A DNA stretch of 64,000 bases, taken from Muribaculaceae bacterium. Lineage in GTDB: Bacteria > Bacteroidota > Bacteroidia > Bacteroidales > Muribaculaceae. The stretch lies in the NCBI GenBank assembly GCA_022509125.1, contig JAFLTU010000004.1, positions 34,159-98,158 on the forward strand, read 5' to 3'. Positions 37,962 through 53,900 of this stretch are shown here, one piece after another. The notes under the pieces were generated by a model. The model did no database searches. It had not been told where the DNA came from and saw only the letters and a program-made list of their open reading frames with translations. Positions within the stretch are counted from its first letter, which is position 1, and the number at the start of each line of letters is the position of its first letter. The position numbers and the translations under genes were made by a program.

Positions 37962-40850
37962 TTATCTCACAAGAATCTTGCGTCTTCCAATAATATAGAT
38001 ATCTGAAGGAAGAGTTTGTAGATCATTCCTTGCGGCATCTTTCATCACTTTTACTCCTTGGAGATTATAGACATCAAAAGTGGCATTTGCATCATTAAAA
38101 ATGCTGTCTACTCCGGCCAAATCTTCGCTGTTGAGAACATTGTTGTAACCGGCCGTGTAAAGGGTCTGCATTTTTTGATTACCATTCACTGTGAAATTCA
38201 CCTTTACATTCATTTTAGCCAAAGCATCAGAGGGCACAGGATAAAATCCGGCTTCATTTAATGTAACAGGAGTGCCATTAATTTCCACACTCTCTATTTC
38301 CACGTTGTCAATCACTTTGAAAATTGCCAATAGTTGGTTTTCTTTATCTATGGCATACTCCCACATTTGAGTGATAGGCAGTCCGGAAGATTCAAGCATT
38401 TTTTTATTAATATTGCCCACACCCGGCACATTCAGAGTGTTAAATGAAGAGTTGATGGAACTTATCCTCTCATTAAATGTCTTGAATGAATCGAAAGTGA
38501 CAATCATATTGGGATCTGTAGGTAAAGCACTGAAATAGAAATTCATATCCGGTCGCTCTATATTGGCTCTATCTATATCCAGATTCTCATGTATAAAATG
38601 AGCCCCTGCGAGATTTGCAAGATCAGAATAGGAATAGAATTTATCGGAATAAATATTTGAGAGGGAAGATTGAAGAAGGGTACTCACAATCCAATCTTCA
38701 TTTATATTGTCTTCCATGTTAAAAATATAGAGGTTTTCAAGATTTTTCATTCCTGAAAAAGCCATCCTGCCAATTTTAGCTATATTCTCTCCGTCAATAG
38801 AGATAGATTTAAGGGGTGCATGCATCAGAGCCTCTCTTGCTATCTCAGTCATTTTATAATCCATTCCATCTTTGGAAACCACGGCAGGAATCATAATCTC
38901 TTCCGGAAGAGCATCCGGATTATATCCTATAAGGATACAATTTTCTCCTTCAGTTTTAAAGATCAAGCCCTCCTTTTCTAATATGACATCCGAAGACACT
39001 CCTTCCGTGCGGCGCGGATCGGCGGGATCATATCTGAAATAAACCTCATAATAGGGTTCATAAGGACTTATATTGATGTCATATTTAAATTTTTCACAGT
39101 TTTCTTCTCTATAATTTTCCACATATAAGGGTTTAACCTCTTTTCCTTCTTCATCTTTAGCAATTACCTCCATTTTCACCCCGCTTGAGGGCACGAAAAA
39201 GTTTGGTGCTATCGCATCATATCTCAACCTGTCAAATGAAAATTCATGATCGAGAATACCATACTGTTCTTCCATAAATGGCAAATTTTCATCCATATGG
39301 AAATTGGCCGTTGAAAATATGGAAGTATTGTTTTTTGCATAGAAATAAGATGGATTTAACATTCCACCCAGCACAAGCTTGTAATCAGCCGGATCTAGGG
39401 AGGGAGCGTCGGGAGAAAGAGTTCCCCATTCCTCATCCACAATCACTGCATCCTGACTCACCAATTGATATCTTTCTCCGGGATTTAGAGGCGGCATAGC
39501 CATATTAAAAAATAAGGCCATTCCAGGATGAGCACAAAAAGGAGCATCATCCACAGATTTATGGAAGGTAGCACCCATTTTCGGCGTCTCTCCAATTAAC
39601 TTAACGATATTGTCATTTTCGTCTACCACAGCAACTTTGAAGTAACCTATCTGTCTGTTTAAAGTCACAACCGGAGTAATGAAATATACATTTTCCCCTG
39701 TATCAATATCAGAAGCTGAGAAGTTCCATAAAGAAGAGGGGTATCCCTCCATCGAATAAACATCGGCATTGGAAAGAAATGCTTTGGAATATTCCTTTCT
39801 TTCCCTGTCGGGCTTGATGTTGATTATCATTCCCTGGTATTCACCGAAATCCATTCCTCCCACATCGGAGAAATCAAGGGCATAATATCCGTTTGACTGA
39901 CCGTCCCATCCCCAGTTGACATGATAGAAACCTTCGTTGTCATAACCATCAATCACAAAACAGTGGGCGGTAACGCTTCCTCCTCGATAGATCACCGGAC
40001 CAATTTCATCAAGCTGTTGTTTCAACATATTATCCCATTCGGAATCATTGAAACTTTTCTTCTCGATAAATTGACAGTCTTTATCGTAGGCATAGATCTC
40101 TATCATACGATTGCCTATAGCCCAAACTTCGGCACCGCTTTCATTGAATTCATTCATCCCATAGAGCATGTGGGAGGCGATGCCGGCGCTTTTCATCAGC
40201 TTAGCTACTTCCTCATTGAATTTCGGATCATTTTCATCACTCATGGCTTTCCAGTCTATCGTGTAATCATCGAAATTCATTTTAAAATCCGGGAAATACC
40301 AATCAAACATCTCTCCGCCTCGAGTGTAGTCGGGCCATTGATGGTAATGCATTGCTATAGACATTGCCGTGGCAACGCAACCGGCAGCTGCATTATTAGG
40401 CGTAAGATTGTTGTATGGTGCGCCTTGGCCCCATTCGGCAGTTTTATGAAGGATTCCCTGTCCGGAGGCTCGAGTGGCTTTCCCCGACTGAGTTTCTTTA
40501 AACCCCGATGCATTTTCCACTATCCCCTTAAGTTGAGGGGGAAGATTGTTAATATCAAAAAAGCCTTTATCGGAATATGCAACAACCTTTGGATTATCTC
40601 CTATGGCCGAAACTAAAATAAAACCATCCTTTTCTCCGATATTAAAGGCATGAATTGATTTTAGAGTTTTATTTTCAATTCTTTTCAAATCATATTCAGA
40701 ACCCATCCCCTTTGCTCGGGTGGAGACTAAGAATTTAGTTGCCAGAAAATTCCGGGCAACCTCTTTTGCTTCTTCAACCGGGATTTGACGGGCTGAAAGG
40801 CTGCAAATCCCCAAAATAAAAGTTAGTGTTAGAGTAAAAAATGATCTCAT
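37962..40850 (-). CDS. C10 (streptopain/interpain) cysteine protease with I69-like prodomain, LRR fragment and T9SS-like CTD
   Basis: WGQGAPYN, GCVATA (Cys), HCFVIDGY (His), HVNWGWDG; CTD VYNLQGVKV..DIYIIGRRKILVR; TATCTTTG promoter at 40980-40987 (-). Confidence 0.88.
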   Translation of the reverse strand: MRSFFTLTLTFILGICSLSARQIPVEEAKEVARNFLATKFLVSTRAKGMGSEYDLKRIENKTLKSIHAFNIGEKDGFILVSAIGDNPKVVAYSDKGFFDINNLPPQLKGIVENASGFKETQSGKATRASGQGILHKTAEWGQGAPYNNLTPNNAAAGCVATAMSIAMHYHQWPDYTRGGEMFDWYFPDFKMNFDDYTIDWKAMSDENDPKFNEEVAKLMKSAGIASHMLYGMNEFNESGAEVWAIGNRMIEIYAYDKDCQFIEKKSFNDSEWDNMLKQQLDEIGPVIYRGGSVTAHCFVIDGYDNEGFYHVNWGWDGQSNGYYALDFSDVGGMDFGEYQGMIINIKPDRERKEYSKAFLSNADVYSMEGYPSSLWNFSASDIDTGENVYFITPVVTLNRQIGYFKVAVVDENDNIVKLIGETPKMGATFHKSVDDAPFCAHPGMALFFNMAMPPLNPGERYQLVSQDAVIVDEEWGTLSPDAPSLDPADYKLVLGGMLNPSYFYAKNNTSIFSTANFHMDENLPFMEEQYGILDHEFSFDRLRYDAIAPNFFVPSSGVKMEVIAKDEEGKEVKPLYVENYREENCEKFKYDINISPYEPYYEVYFRYDPADPRRTEGVSSDVILEKEGLIFKTEGENCILIGYNPDALPEEIMIPAVVSKDGMDYKMTEIAREALMHAPLKSISIDGENIAKIGRMAFSGMKNLENLYIFNMEDNINEDWIVSTLLQSSLSNIYSDKFYSYSDLANLAGAHFIHENLDIDRANIERPDMNFYFSALPTDPNMIVTFDSFKTFNERISSINSSFNTLNVPGVGNINKKMLESSGLPITQMWEYAIDKENQLLAIFKVIDNVEIESVEINGTPVTLNEAGFYPVPSDALAKMNVKVNFTVNGNQKMQTLYTAGYNNVLNSEDLAGVDSIFNDANATFDVYNLQGVKVMKDAARNDLQTLPSDIYIIGRRKILVR

Positions 40851-41085
40851 AAGTAATTATTTCAATTGTTTTGAGAAGATAGTTGTTTTTTTAGGATTAG
40901 TGACAAATTGTCTGACGATTGGGATCGAATTGATTCAGCTAATGTTTTAAAATACCCTGAATAATTTCAGTCTACACCCCAAAGATATGATAAATAAACG
41001 GAATTCTTTCTATTTCTTGTAATTTTTTTGTATAAAAGCCAAAAAGGCAAGGATTTGGGCCATATCACCTGTAAATAAATATCTC

Positions 41086-42492
41086 TTATTCAGCGTAAGC
41101 TCCAAGGGCCGGGAGGCCTTCGGCGAGACGGTATATGCCGTCCATGTCGTAAAGACATTCCGGAGTGATGTAGGAAGGGTTGCCCCGTCCGAAGGCAGGA
41201 GAATCGGGTTGAAGGCGATAATCAAAGTAATAGTCATCACGGACTGTATAGAAGAGAGGATCCTCGTTCCATACGCAGTTGATGAAGTTTTCATCGTCGG
41301 TGCCATTAGCCCTAAATAGCATATTCAGCATAAAGACATTTGAACTTATTAGATCGCCGGGATATAGAGGATCGCCTATTTCTCCCCACACAATTCCGTT
41401 TTCAAAGTTTGCCTGCATCAAGGGCTGATCGTTATTTTCCGCTTCTTCAGGAAGGCAATGTCTAAGATAAAGATTCGGGAGATAAAGAGCCGAAAAAAGA
41501 TAGGAATTCGCTATGGTGCATTGCACGAAATTATGTCGCCCTCCGGTTAGAGCCACCACTGAGGCTGCGGCTTCTGAAAAGCAGCAGCCATAAGCGTCGA
41601 CGGCGGCATATTCGGAGCTCAAAACATTACCCTGCGAATTATGCAGCCAGGAATTAACCAGTGTCAATTTCTGCCGGGAGAGGTCGCCACATGAATCAAC
41701 GCGAAGTCCGGAAACTGTCGATCTCATGTTGACATATTCCATACGGTTTTCGAAAGACTTCGACGAAATGTCGATGCCTCCCCACTGGCCAGCAAGCTGA
41801 TCGTAGGCCACATCAGGGAGAATGTCATCGAGTCGGTCACCGCTCATGCGAATAAAATTATCAGTTTCGCCCAGAGCAAGCAAAGTGCCATCTACCTGCA
41901 TGGCCGCTTTGTCGTGGAAAAGCAACCACGCGCCCGGTCGAATTGTCAGAGTGGCTCCTGTTTCTACCCTCAGGGTATCGAAAATCACATAAGGCCTCTC
42001 GGCAGTCATAGTGAAGTCTTCGCTAACAGTGAACTTGTTGAGCCGTGTGACATTCCATGCCCAAGCCTCAACCTCCACTTCCTGAGTGACCCCATTGGTT
42101 ATGAATTCCAGCTGGTCAGAAACTCTGAAGGGCTCGAATGTGTCATTTTCATCAATGAAACATTCCATAAAAATATATATGGAGTCGTTGCCGCGAATTT
42201 CGATGTCTGAAAAAGAGCTGCCGCTCACCCCGTCGACGTTGAGCCGGAAATGACTATCGGGATCTTTAAATCTAATGGAAGAGATGTTGACTCCCTTCTT
42301 GTTGTGATTATAGACTTGCAGGCGCGCTGTCGGAGTGGTCAAATCTGTAAAAATAGCACCGAAACTGACTGTGTCGGTGGAAAAAGTGAGGGTAGCTGAA
42401 GGAGAGTCGGTGATGTCGTCGTTAATACAGGAAGACAAAGACCCCACTAAAATTGTTATTATTACAAATAATATGTTCCTCAAAGCGTTCAT
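41086..42492 (-). CDS. Conserved hypothetical lipoprotein (Ig-like plus beta-helix)
   Basis: Lipobox LSSC; LTFSTDTVSFG, LTIRPGA, GQWGGI, DYRLQPDSPA..G. Confidence 0.72.
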   Translation of the reverse strand: MNALRNILFVIITILVGSLSSCINDDITDSPSATLTFSTDTVSFGAIFTDLTTPTARLQVYNHNKKGVNISSIRFKDPDSHFRLNVDGVSGSSFSDIEIRGNDSIYIFMECFIDENDTFEPFRVSDQLEFITNGVTQEVEVEAWAWNVTRLNKFTVSEDFTMTAERPYVIFDTLRVETGATLTIRPGAWLLFHDKAAMQVDGTLLALGETDNFIRMSGDRLDDILPDVAYDQLAGQWGGIDISSKSFENRMEYVNMRSTVSGLRVDSCGDLSRQKLTLVNSWLHNSQGNVLSSEYAAVDAYGCCFSEAAASVVALTGGRHNFVQCTIANSYLFSALYLPNLYLRHCLPEEAENNDQPLMQANFENGIVWGEIGDPLYPGDLISSNVFMLNMLFRANGTDDENFINCVWNEDPLFYTVRDDYYFDYRLQPDSPAFGRGNPSYITPECLYDMDGIYRLAEGLPALGAYAE

Positions 42493-42529
42493 ATAAGAGA
42501 AACGATATAGCTAAAGGCAATATTGCACC

Positions 42530-47236
<4,707 letters not shown>

Positions 47237-47392
47237 ATAAGATTCCTCCTGAATTGAAAATGCAAAATTACATTTTTGCGGCCGACCCTCCAATAAGCAA
47301 CTCAAAAAAAGCCAATTTTTTATCGTTTGTGAATTTGGGAATTTCAATGTATTTTTGCAAAAACGAGCCCACGAAACCTTTTCGATTGCGTT

Positions 47393-47974
47393 TTGAACGA
47401 GAAAGTTAAAAAAATCGGTTCAAACATTCTCAATAGCGACCAGCTGGTCTTCACATTCATAAGATCGGCCGGGGCTGCTCAGTTTGCCTCATGGATCGAC
47501 TTGGGCACCGGTTTTGTGCTCTTCGCCTTCGCTCATTTCGCTCCATGGATTTCCACTGCAATCGGTGCCTTCGCGGGAGGCGTCATTAACTGCATTCTAA
47601 ATTATCGTTTCACATTCCATGGCAGTTGCCCTTGGAAGGCTGTTATCGTAAAATATGCCCTCGTGTGGATAGGAAGCCTCCTCCTCAATTCTTTTGGAAC
47701 AGAGCTCCTTTACTATGGTCTCTCGAAATGGGAATGGCTCGAAACTATCGGTTTTAAACGCGACGGTTATTTCGCGGCTGCTCGTCTAATAATTTCCGGG
47801 GTCGTTTCCCTTGGCTGGAATTTCATTCTCCAGAAAAATTTCGTCTATCAAAGCCGAGGTTTCGATAAACATGCCATCGAATTTGTCGACTTGATCACCG
47901 GACGCCGTTACGCCAACCATCATAAACATTCCCAAGACTCTATTTCGGAAACCTCCATTCCCAAAGAAAGTTAA
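47393..47974 (+). CDS. GtrA-family membrane protein
   Basis: NCILNYRFTF and WNFILQKNFVY; TTTG-N20-TATTTTTG promoter at 47326-47357. Confidence 0.8.
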   Translation: MNEKVKKIGSNILNSDQLVFTFIRSAGAAQFASWIDLGTGFVLFAFAHFAPWISTAIGAFAGGVINCILNYRFTFHGSCPWKAVIVKYALVWIGSLLLNSFGTELLYYGLSKWEWLETIGFKRDGYFAAARLIISGVVSLGWNFILQKNFVYQSRGFDKHAIEFVDLITGRRYANHHKHSQDSISETSIPKES

Positions 47975-47997
47975 GGTCTCTTTAAAACCCTGTCACC

Positions 47998-49107
47998 ATG
48001 AAACATTTGCTCTTCGCCTCTCTTCTTTTAATATTCTCTTCCTGCATCTCGACGGAGAGTATCGAACCCGAAAATCCGGCAGGGGAAGACCTCCTCGTGG
48101 TTAACCTCGAAGCACCCTCCGCGATATCCACGCGTGCCGACCATTCCGGATATAAACTTCGTTATGTCGTCAAGCTTTTCAAAGGCTCTAATTCAGGAGT
48201 GGAGCAACGAAAGGAAGTAGTTGGAAATCCCAATGCGAGGATTGTCTTTAAGGTTGACCCCGGTGTAAGTTATCAACTTTTCGCCTTCGCAGATTATATA
48301 CCTGAAAATTATGAGGCATCCGGCGACACTTTCACAGATTACTGCTATAACACCTCAGTCAAAAACGGCGACCGCGAGATTAATAAGTCGGTGGATATTC
48401 GACCTAAGGCCGGCCAAAATACATCTTCTACAATCGACCCCGCTTTCTTCAATAATGATAACTATGACTGTTTCTATGGTCAGACCGATAAATTTTTCAA
48501 AGATGCAACTCAAAAGGAGATAAGCCTCACTTTGAATAGAGGGGTTTCGATGGTGGTTTTCCAAGACCTCGGAGCCTCAACACAAGGCACTGAAAAGAAT
48601 ATCAGCATCGGAAAAATTACTTTGGGTTACAGGCTCGGCCTCGATAGTGAAGCTGTCGACTTAAATGAAATCGGCTCTAACACTTCTTCCCAAAGAGTTA
48701 GCCTCACATCTTCAACCGACCGGCTTTTCTATTTTTACACCTTCGCGGATCTGTCGGAGAATAACTATGCTGAAGTAAACCTTAACGTCAACGATAAGAC
48801 TTACACCATTAAGAATATCCCCATAAAAGGAAATTATAAGACCATCGTGAAGGCCGACTTCCTGACGGGCTCGACTGGCGGTTCTTCCGGCAACGGTAAT
48901 GGTGGCAACGACCAAGGAAACACAGGAGGATCAGACTCCGGAAATTCAGGGAATAATGGCAGCGACGACAATGGAGGAAACTCCGGTGACAATGGAGGGG
49001 ACTCGGGTTCAAACACTGAAAAAATCGGCGACATTATCCTCAATCTTTCCAATAATAATGCGGATTGGGATTCTCAAACCATCGAACCTAAACTTATTCC
49101 CTTCTAA
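47998..49107 (+). CDS. Type V pilin/fimbrillin-like lipoprotein (DUF6562-like) with Gly/Asn/Asp-rich insert
   Basis: Lipobox FSSC, STRA processing-like motif, LRYVV, FAFADY, D.FYG, LTLNR, NIPIKGNYKT. Confidence 0.6.
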   Translation: MKHLLFASLLLIFSSCISTESIEPENPAGEDLLVVNLEAPSAISTRADHSGYKLRYVVKLFKGSNSGVEQRKEVVGNPNARIVFKVDPGVSYQLFAFADYIPENYEASGDTFTDYCYNTSVKNGDREINKSVDIRPKAGQNTSSTIDPAFFNNDNYDCFYGQTDKFFKDATQKEISLTLNRGVSMVVFQDLGASTQGTEKNISIGKITLGYRLGLDSEAVDLNEIGSNTSSQRVSLTSSTDRLFYFYTFADLSENNYAEVNLNVNDKTYTIKNIPIKGNYKTIVKADFLTGSTGGSSGNGNGGNDQGNTGGSDSGNSGNNGSDDNGGNSGDNGGDSGSNTEKIGDIILNLSNNNADWDSQTIEPKLIPF

Positions 49108-49112
49108 ATATC

Positions 49113-49658
49113 ATGAGAGAAGAAATTAAGAAACATAATGAAAAGTTTGTGGCAGAAGAATGTTATAAACCCTTCGTCACATCAAAATATCCCGACAAAA
49201 AAATCGCTATAGTCACCTGCATGGACACTCGTCTTGTGGAGCTCCTTCCTGCAGCCCTGGGAATTAAAAACGGCGATGTCAAAATGATCAAAAATGCCGG
49301 AGGGGTTATCACAGACCCCTGGGACTCTACACTTCGATCACTTCTGGTGGGGATTTATGAACTTGGAGTGGAGGAAATAATGATTATCGGCCACACGGGT
49401 TGTGGAGTCGAGGGGATGGAGGCCTCCGAAATGATTCATCTGATGGAGAAAAGAGGAATCTCTCCGGAAACCATTTCCCTTATTGAAAGGTGTGGCATCG
49501 ACCTCAAAAAATGGCTCACAGGTTTTGAAGACACTGCCAAGGCTGTGGCCGACAGTGTGGAGCTTGTAAAAAACCATCCCCTGATTCCTGCAGATGTGAA
49601 AGTAGATGGTTATATTATGGACTCCACAACCGGAAAACTGCAGGCCCTTGCCGAATAA
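49113..49658 (+). CDS. Beta-class carbonic anhydrase
   Basis: TCMDTRL, IKNAGG, GHTGCG zinc ligands. Confidence 0.92.
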   Translation: MREEIKKHNEKFVAEECYKPFVTSKYPDKKIAIVTCMDTRLVELLPAALGIKNGDVKMIKNAGGVITDPWDSTLRSLLVGIYELGVEEIMIIGHTGCGVEGMEASEMIHLMEKRGISPETISLIERCGIDLKKWLTGFEDTAKAVADSVELVKNHPLIPADVKVDGYIMDSTTGKLQALAE

Positions 49659-49708
49659 CGGCTCGGGCCTGATCTAATTTTTTTGAATTTATTTGCCTTT
49701 ATCTCTTA

Positions 49709-50803
49709 TTAGGCACCCGGATCAAAGGGGCAGATTCTTACGTAGATCCCTTGAGGTGCAAGGGCCGGAATTAGTGATGAAAGGTCAGTCGTGCCATAAT
49801 GATAAGGATAGACCACTCTCGGTTTTATGATCTCAGCTGCCTCTATAAATTGGCTCGGAGTCATGGTGTAAGGCAGATTGCATGGCAAAAAAGCAATGTC
49901 GATATCTTTTAGAGAAGCCATTTCGGGGATAACTTCAGTGTCACCGGCAATATAAATTTTCATTCCCCCAATTTCCAACACATATCCGTTGTCTCTTCCC
50001 TTGGGATGAAATTGCAACCGGTCTTCCGAAACATTATAAGCCGGCACGGCCTCGATCCCGATTCCATCTATCTCTTTGCGGTCGCCATTGCTCATGACCA
50101 TGCCATAGCCCAAAATTTTGGCACTGTTAGGATTGGTCACTACAATAGTATCCCTTTTTGACAATGTCTCTATAGCTGCCGGATCCAAATGGTCGTGGTG
50201 CTCGTGGGTCACCAATATCAAGTCGGCCTTTGGAAATGCAGAATAATCGGTGGTTCTGTCGCCCAAGGTTCCAACGGGGTCAATCTCAATCTCCTTTCCG
50301 TCATAGACAATTCTTAATGAGGCATGGATCAAGGGCTCTATTTCCAACTTCTTACCCTCCGGAGTGATATATATGTCGGTTTTTCCGGTGGTGATTGGCA
50401 GTCTTTCCTTTTCCCAGGCCTCGATGCCTCCTGCAAGTTCAATGATGGAATCGCCTGTGGCTTCCAGAGCTTTGTGAGCTTGAGCCGAGCGTCTCCCCGA
50501 CTTGCAATATATGGCGAGTGAATCTCCCTCCGGCACAACTTGTTTCACTCTATCCACAAAGTCTTCGTCGAAGAAATTTACATTTATCGCGCCGGGGATA
50601 TGTCCCGAGGCGTATTCTTCCGGAGTGCGGACATCCAAAATGGTCAGAGGATGGGTCAATTGAATAGCCTTTTCAAATTCCTGACAATCTACGGTTGAAG
50701 TGCTGTTATTGCCGCAAGCTGATAGGGCCGGTTGGATCATTGCCATAGTCAATAAAATTTTAGAAATATTTTTAAATCGGAGTTGGAAAGTTTTCATAAT
50801 CAA
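49709..50803 (-). CDS. Lipoprotein fusion: rhodanese domain plus metallo-beta-lactamase-fold hydrolase
   Basis: Lipobox LSAC; DVRTPEEYASGHIPGA, YCKSGRRS; THEHHDH, FHPKG, IAGDT, PYHY. Confidence 0.82.
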   Translation of the reverse strand: MIMKTFQLRFKNISKILLTMAMIQPALSACGNNSTSTVDCQEFEKAIQLTHPLTILDVRTPEEYASGHIPGAINVNFFDEDFVDRVKQVVPEGDSLAIYCKSGRRSAQAHKALEATGDSIIELAGGIEAWEKERLPITTGKTDIYITPEGKKLEIEPLIHASLRIVYDGKEIEIDPVGTLGDRTTDYSAFPKADLILVTHEHHDHLDPAAIETLSKRDTIVVTNPNSAKILGYGMVMSNGDRKEIDGIGIEAVPAYNVSEDRLQFHPKGRDNGYVLEIGGMKIYIAGDTEVIPEMASLKDIDIAFLPCNLPYTMTPSQFIEAAEIIKPRVVYPYHYGTTDLSSLIPALAPQGIYVRICPFDPGA

Positions 50804-50880
50804 TTCCTTTAATTAGAGAAATCAGGCCATAAAAGTAATAAAAGAAAATGAATATCCCGAATTTTCTCCCAATTAAAACT

Positions 50881-50888
50881 TATATTTG
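50881..50888 (+). promoter_or_regulatory. Sigma-A -7 element upstream of the CHAT gene
   Basis: TATATTTG. Confidence 0.5.
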
Positions 50889-50929
50889 AAATTCAAAAAG
50901 AAAATTCTCAACCTCTACCTATCTGAAAG

Positions 50930-53900
50930 TTGAAAAAATTAAAATTTCATTTCCGCTTAATTCTTTTTGCCACAATATTATTTATGGGATGTTGGGGTCT
51001 CGGCAGCTATGCAGGAAATCAAAACGCTCCTTCAGAAGAGCCGCCTTCCGGAGCCTCTTTTTCACAAAATGATTCTATCATTTGGGATATTGTGGAAATT
51101 CTCAAGGAAGAAAAAAATCTTGACCCGAATCGAAGAGAAGAAATTGAAAAAAGGATTGCCTCCTTTCCCGGCAGAATCATCAGAAGAGACACAGCTTCCT
51201 ATTTCCTGCAGACAGCCCTGACTATCGCTTATAATGAGTATACCACAGAAAATTTCCCCGTGGCCACAGAAGTTGCCAAAAAATTCAATGAGGAAATAGA
51301 AATGGCTGACTTTTGGGAAAATATCTCACGTTATTTTCTAATCAAATTCACGCCTTCAGTCATTAAGACTAAAGAAAAAATAAAGAACGGAGAAAAGATA
51401 TCCCAATTTGACATTCTTAATCTCTCTTCAAACTATGATAACACTCGTGACAAGAGATCATTCCTTAATGAACTCTTGATAGACATTCCCATCAATCTCA
51501 ATATTTTCAGCTATAAAAAACTTTTGAGAGCTTATAAGAACGAGGGAGGAATTCCGTCAGGATTGAATTCTTGGAATATGCCGACGATATATCATTTTTG
51601 CCATATCAACGGTCGCCAAGACATCCTCGATGAAATAATCTCTCTATGGAATTTGGAGGAAGCCAACTTTGCTATGGATCCTCAAAAGGGTATCTATAAG
51701 TATGTGGATCTCGAACCTCCCTCCACTGATTTTAGATCCATAAATCAAAATACACTAAATGAATTCGCGTTGGCTATTTACGACATTGAAGGTAATATCC
51801 TCCGAATTGATTCCTTGATTTCTATAGGCCAACAAGATTCAATCGGAAAGTATGTAGACAACTATCAGAACCTAAGCCTTCAGAATGGTAAAAACAGGGA
51901 GGTTATAGAAATGTCGGCTAAATATGAAAAATTTGTGCCCCAAAATTGGAAACACCGGTTTTATAATTATTGGGGCATAGCCCATATAACCTTAGGGGAA
52001 TTCGACAAAGCCCAATATAATTTCAAGAAGGCGATAGACAATAGAGAAAATCTTGAATCCTTTTCCGGGGCTGTTATAAATTATGCCCTCGCTTTAGCCG
52101 AAGACGGACGCTGCGAGGATGCAACCCAAATCCTCGAAACCCAGAAAGATAAAATGGCCTCCCCTGCCGACAGCATCAATTATTTTGAAAACTTGGGTTA
52201 TATCACAAGTCTGCTGGATCCCATTCGTGCCAAAGAATTATATGATATTGTCGATAAAAAAATCGAAACGACCCCTCCACTCTCCCGGAAAGTTCCTGAT
52301 TCTTTTCTCACCCGACATTTTGCCAGAGAGGCCAGACTATGGGATCATGATCTATTCAAATGGCGCGAAATCCTTAAATCCGTTCGCTTTTATTCCGGAG
52401 AAGATAATTCTATTAATTTATATGGCAGTCTCCATAATTCGCTCTATCACTCAGAGATGGGGAGATATCGCAATTTCCTTTTCGATTTCGAGGGAGCAGC
52501 AAAAGATTTCGAGGCTGCCCAAGATAAAATAGAAAACCTCGACTCTACCGACTATAGAGTCAAATGGTGGAGTGAATCTTGGCAAGCCCTCTCCAATTTC
52601 CGCAATGAATTTGCAAAAGATCCCGAGACAATTCTCCGGGCCCTGACTCTCGATCGGTTGTCTCCATTACATAAGCTATGGCTAATCGGGAATCTCACAT
52701 ATTTCCTGGCTCATGAGGAGGAAAACGGCAGGGAGGAAATTGCCAAAAATGAATTTGATATTGGTTTTATTAACGATAACCTTAATTCCCACCTGGCAGA
52801 AGCTATCATGGCTTTGGCTTCCGATGAAAGCAGGTTTCTAATTGTCCCGATCCTGACAATGCAACAAATCCTAATGCCTATTGAGGCTCGTTTGGGAAAC
52901 CCTAAAGAGCTTGCGCGCCTTAATCTTTTAAGGAAGGGGCTCCTTCAAACTTCAAAAACTGCTATCGAAAAAGAATTAATGGCGGGAGGGAAAATTAAAG
53001 AATATGAGAATTTAAAAGCCATGAGAAAGGCCCTTAACCATGCCTATATCTATGAAGACTCCTTAAGAATCAAAAAACTCTCTCCCCTCATAAGCGCAAA
53101 AGAGCGTGAACTCTATTATTCTCTTAAGGAAAATATAAATATAGGAGAAATTATCTCCACTCATCCCGAATCCATCATCTTAAATTTAAAGGAAAATGAT
53201 ATTGCCATCGATTTTATAGAATACGGGCAAAACGACTCCACATATTTCGGCGCGTTCCTCTATTTTCCGGATGGCGAGATAAAATACCTCCCAATCCTAA
53301 CGACACAAAATGAGAGCTCCGATCCACAAAATCCCTGGAGAGAGTTATGGCCTTTTTTGGAGGGGAGGCAGGATATTTATTTCTCGCCCGACGGAAGCCT
53401 CATCAACGAGGGAATAGAATTCTATGAAGACCAATATGGAGAGCCCCTCTTTCAAACCCACAGATTGCATCGCATGTCTCATCTGCGCAACCTAAACAGA
53501 GCCTCCTCGGAAGCCTCCGAAAGAATTGAAGGTGAAATTGCTGTATTCGGTGTGGCCGACCATAATTCGCCTGTGGGTGGAGAGGGTAAACTCTTTCGTG
53601 GCGACTGGACAGATCTCCCCGACGTGGAACATGAAATGGAACTCATAGAAAATTCTATAAACGGCTTCCCTCATCAAATCTTTTTTAATGACGATGCCAT
53701 TGAAGAAAACGTCAAAGCTGTGGACGGCAGGGATATCAGCGTGCTTCATTTTTCCACCCACGGAGTCTACAGAAATGTCGATTCATTGAGCCGGGCAGCT
53801 TCCGATATCACCCATTTCGATCATCAGATTGCCCAAAGGATCCTCAAAACCGAGAGGCAGGATATTTGCGGTATAGTGTTGCGAAAAGGAAATTTAACCT

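Noticed and set aside
39921-41306. ORFs 39921-40616 (+) and 41010-41306 (-)
   Set aside because: Antisense or out-of-frame overlaps with well-supported genes; no recognisable motifs
50811-50874. Imperfect inverted repeat upstream of the CHAT gene as an invertible promoter
   Set aside because: AT-rich and imperfect, does not enclose the -7 element, and no recombinase gene in the window
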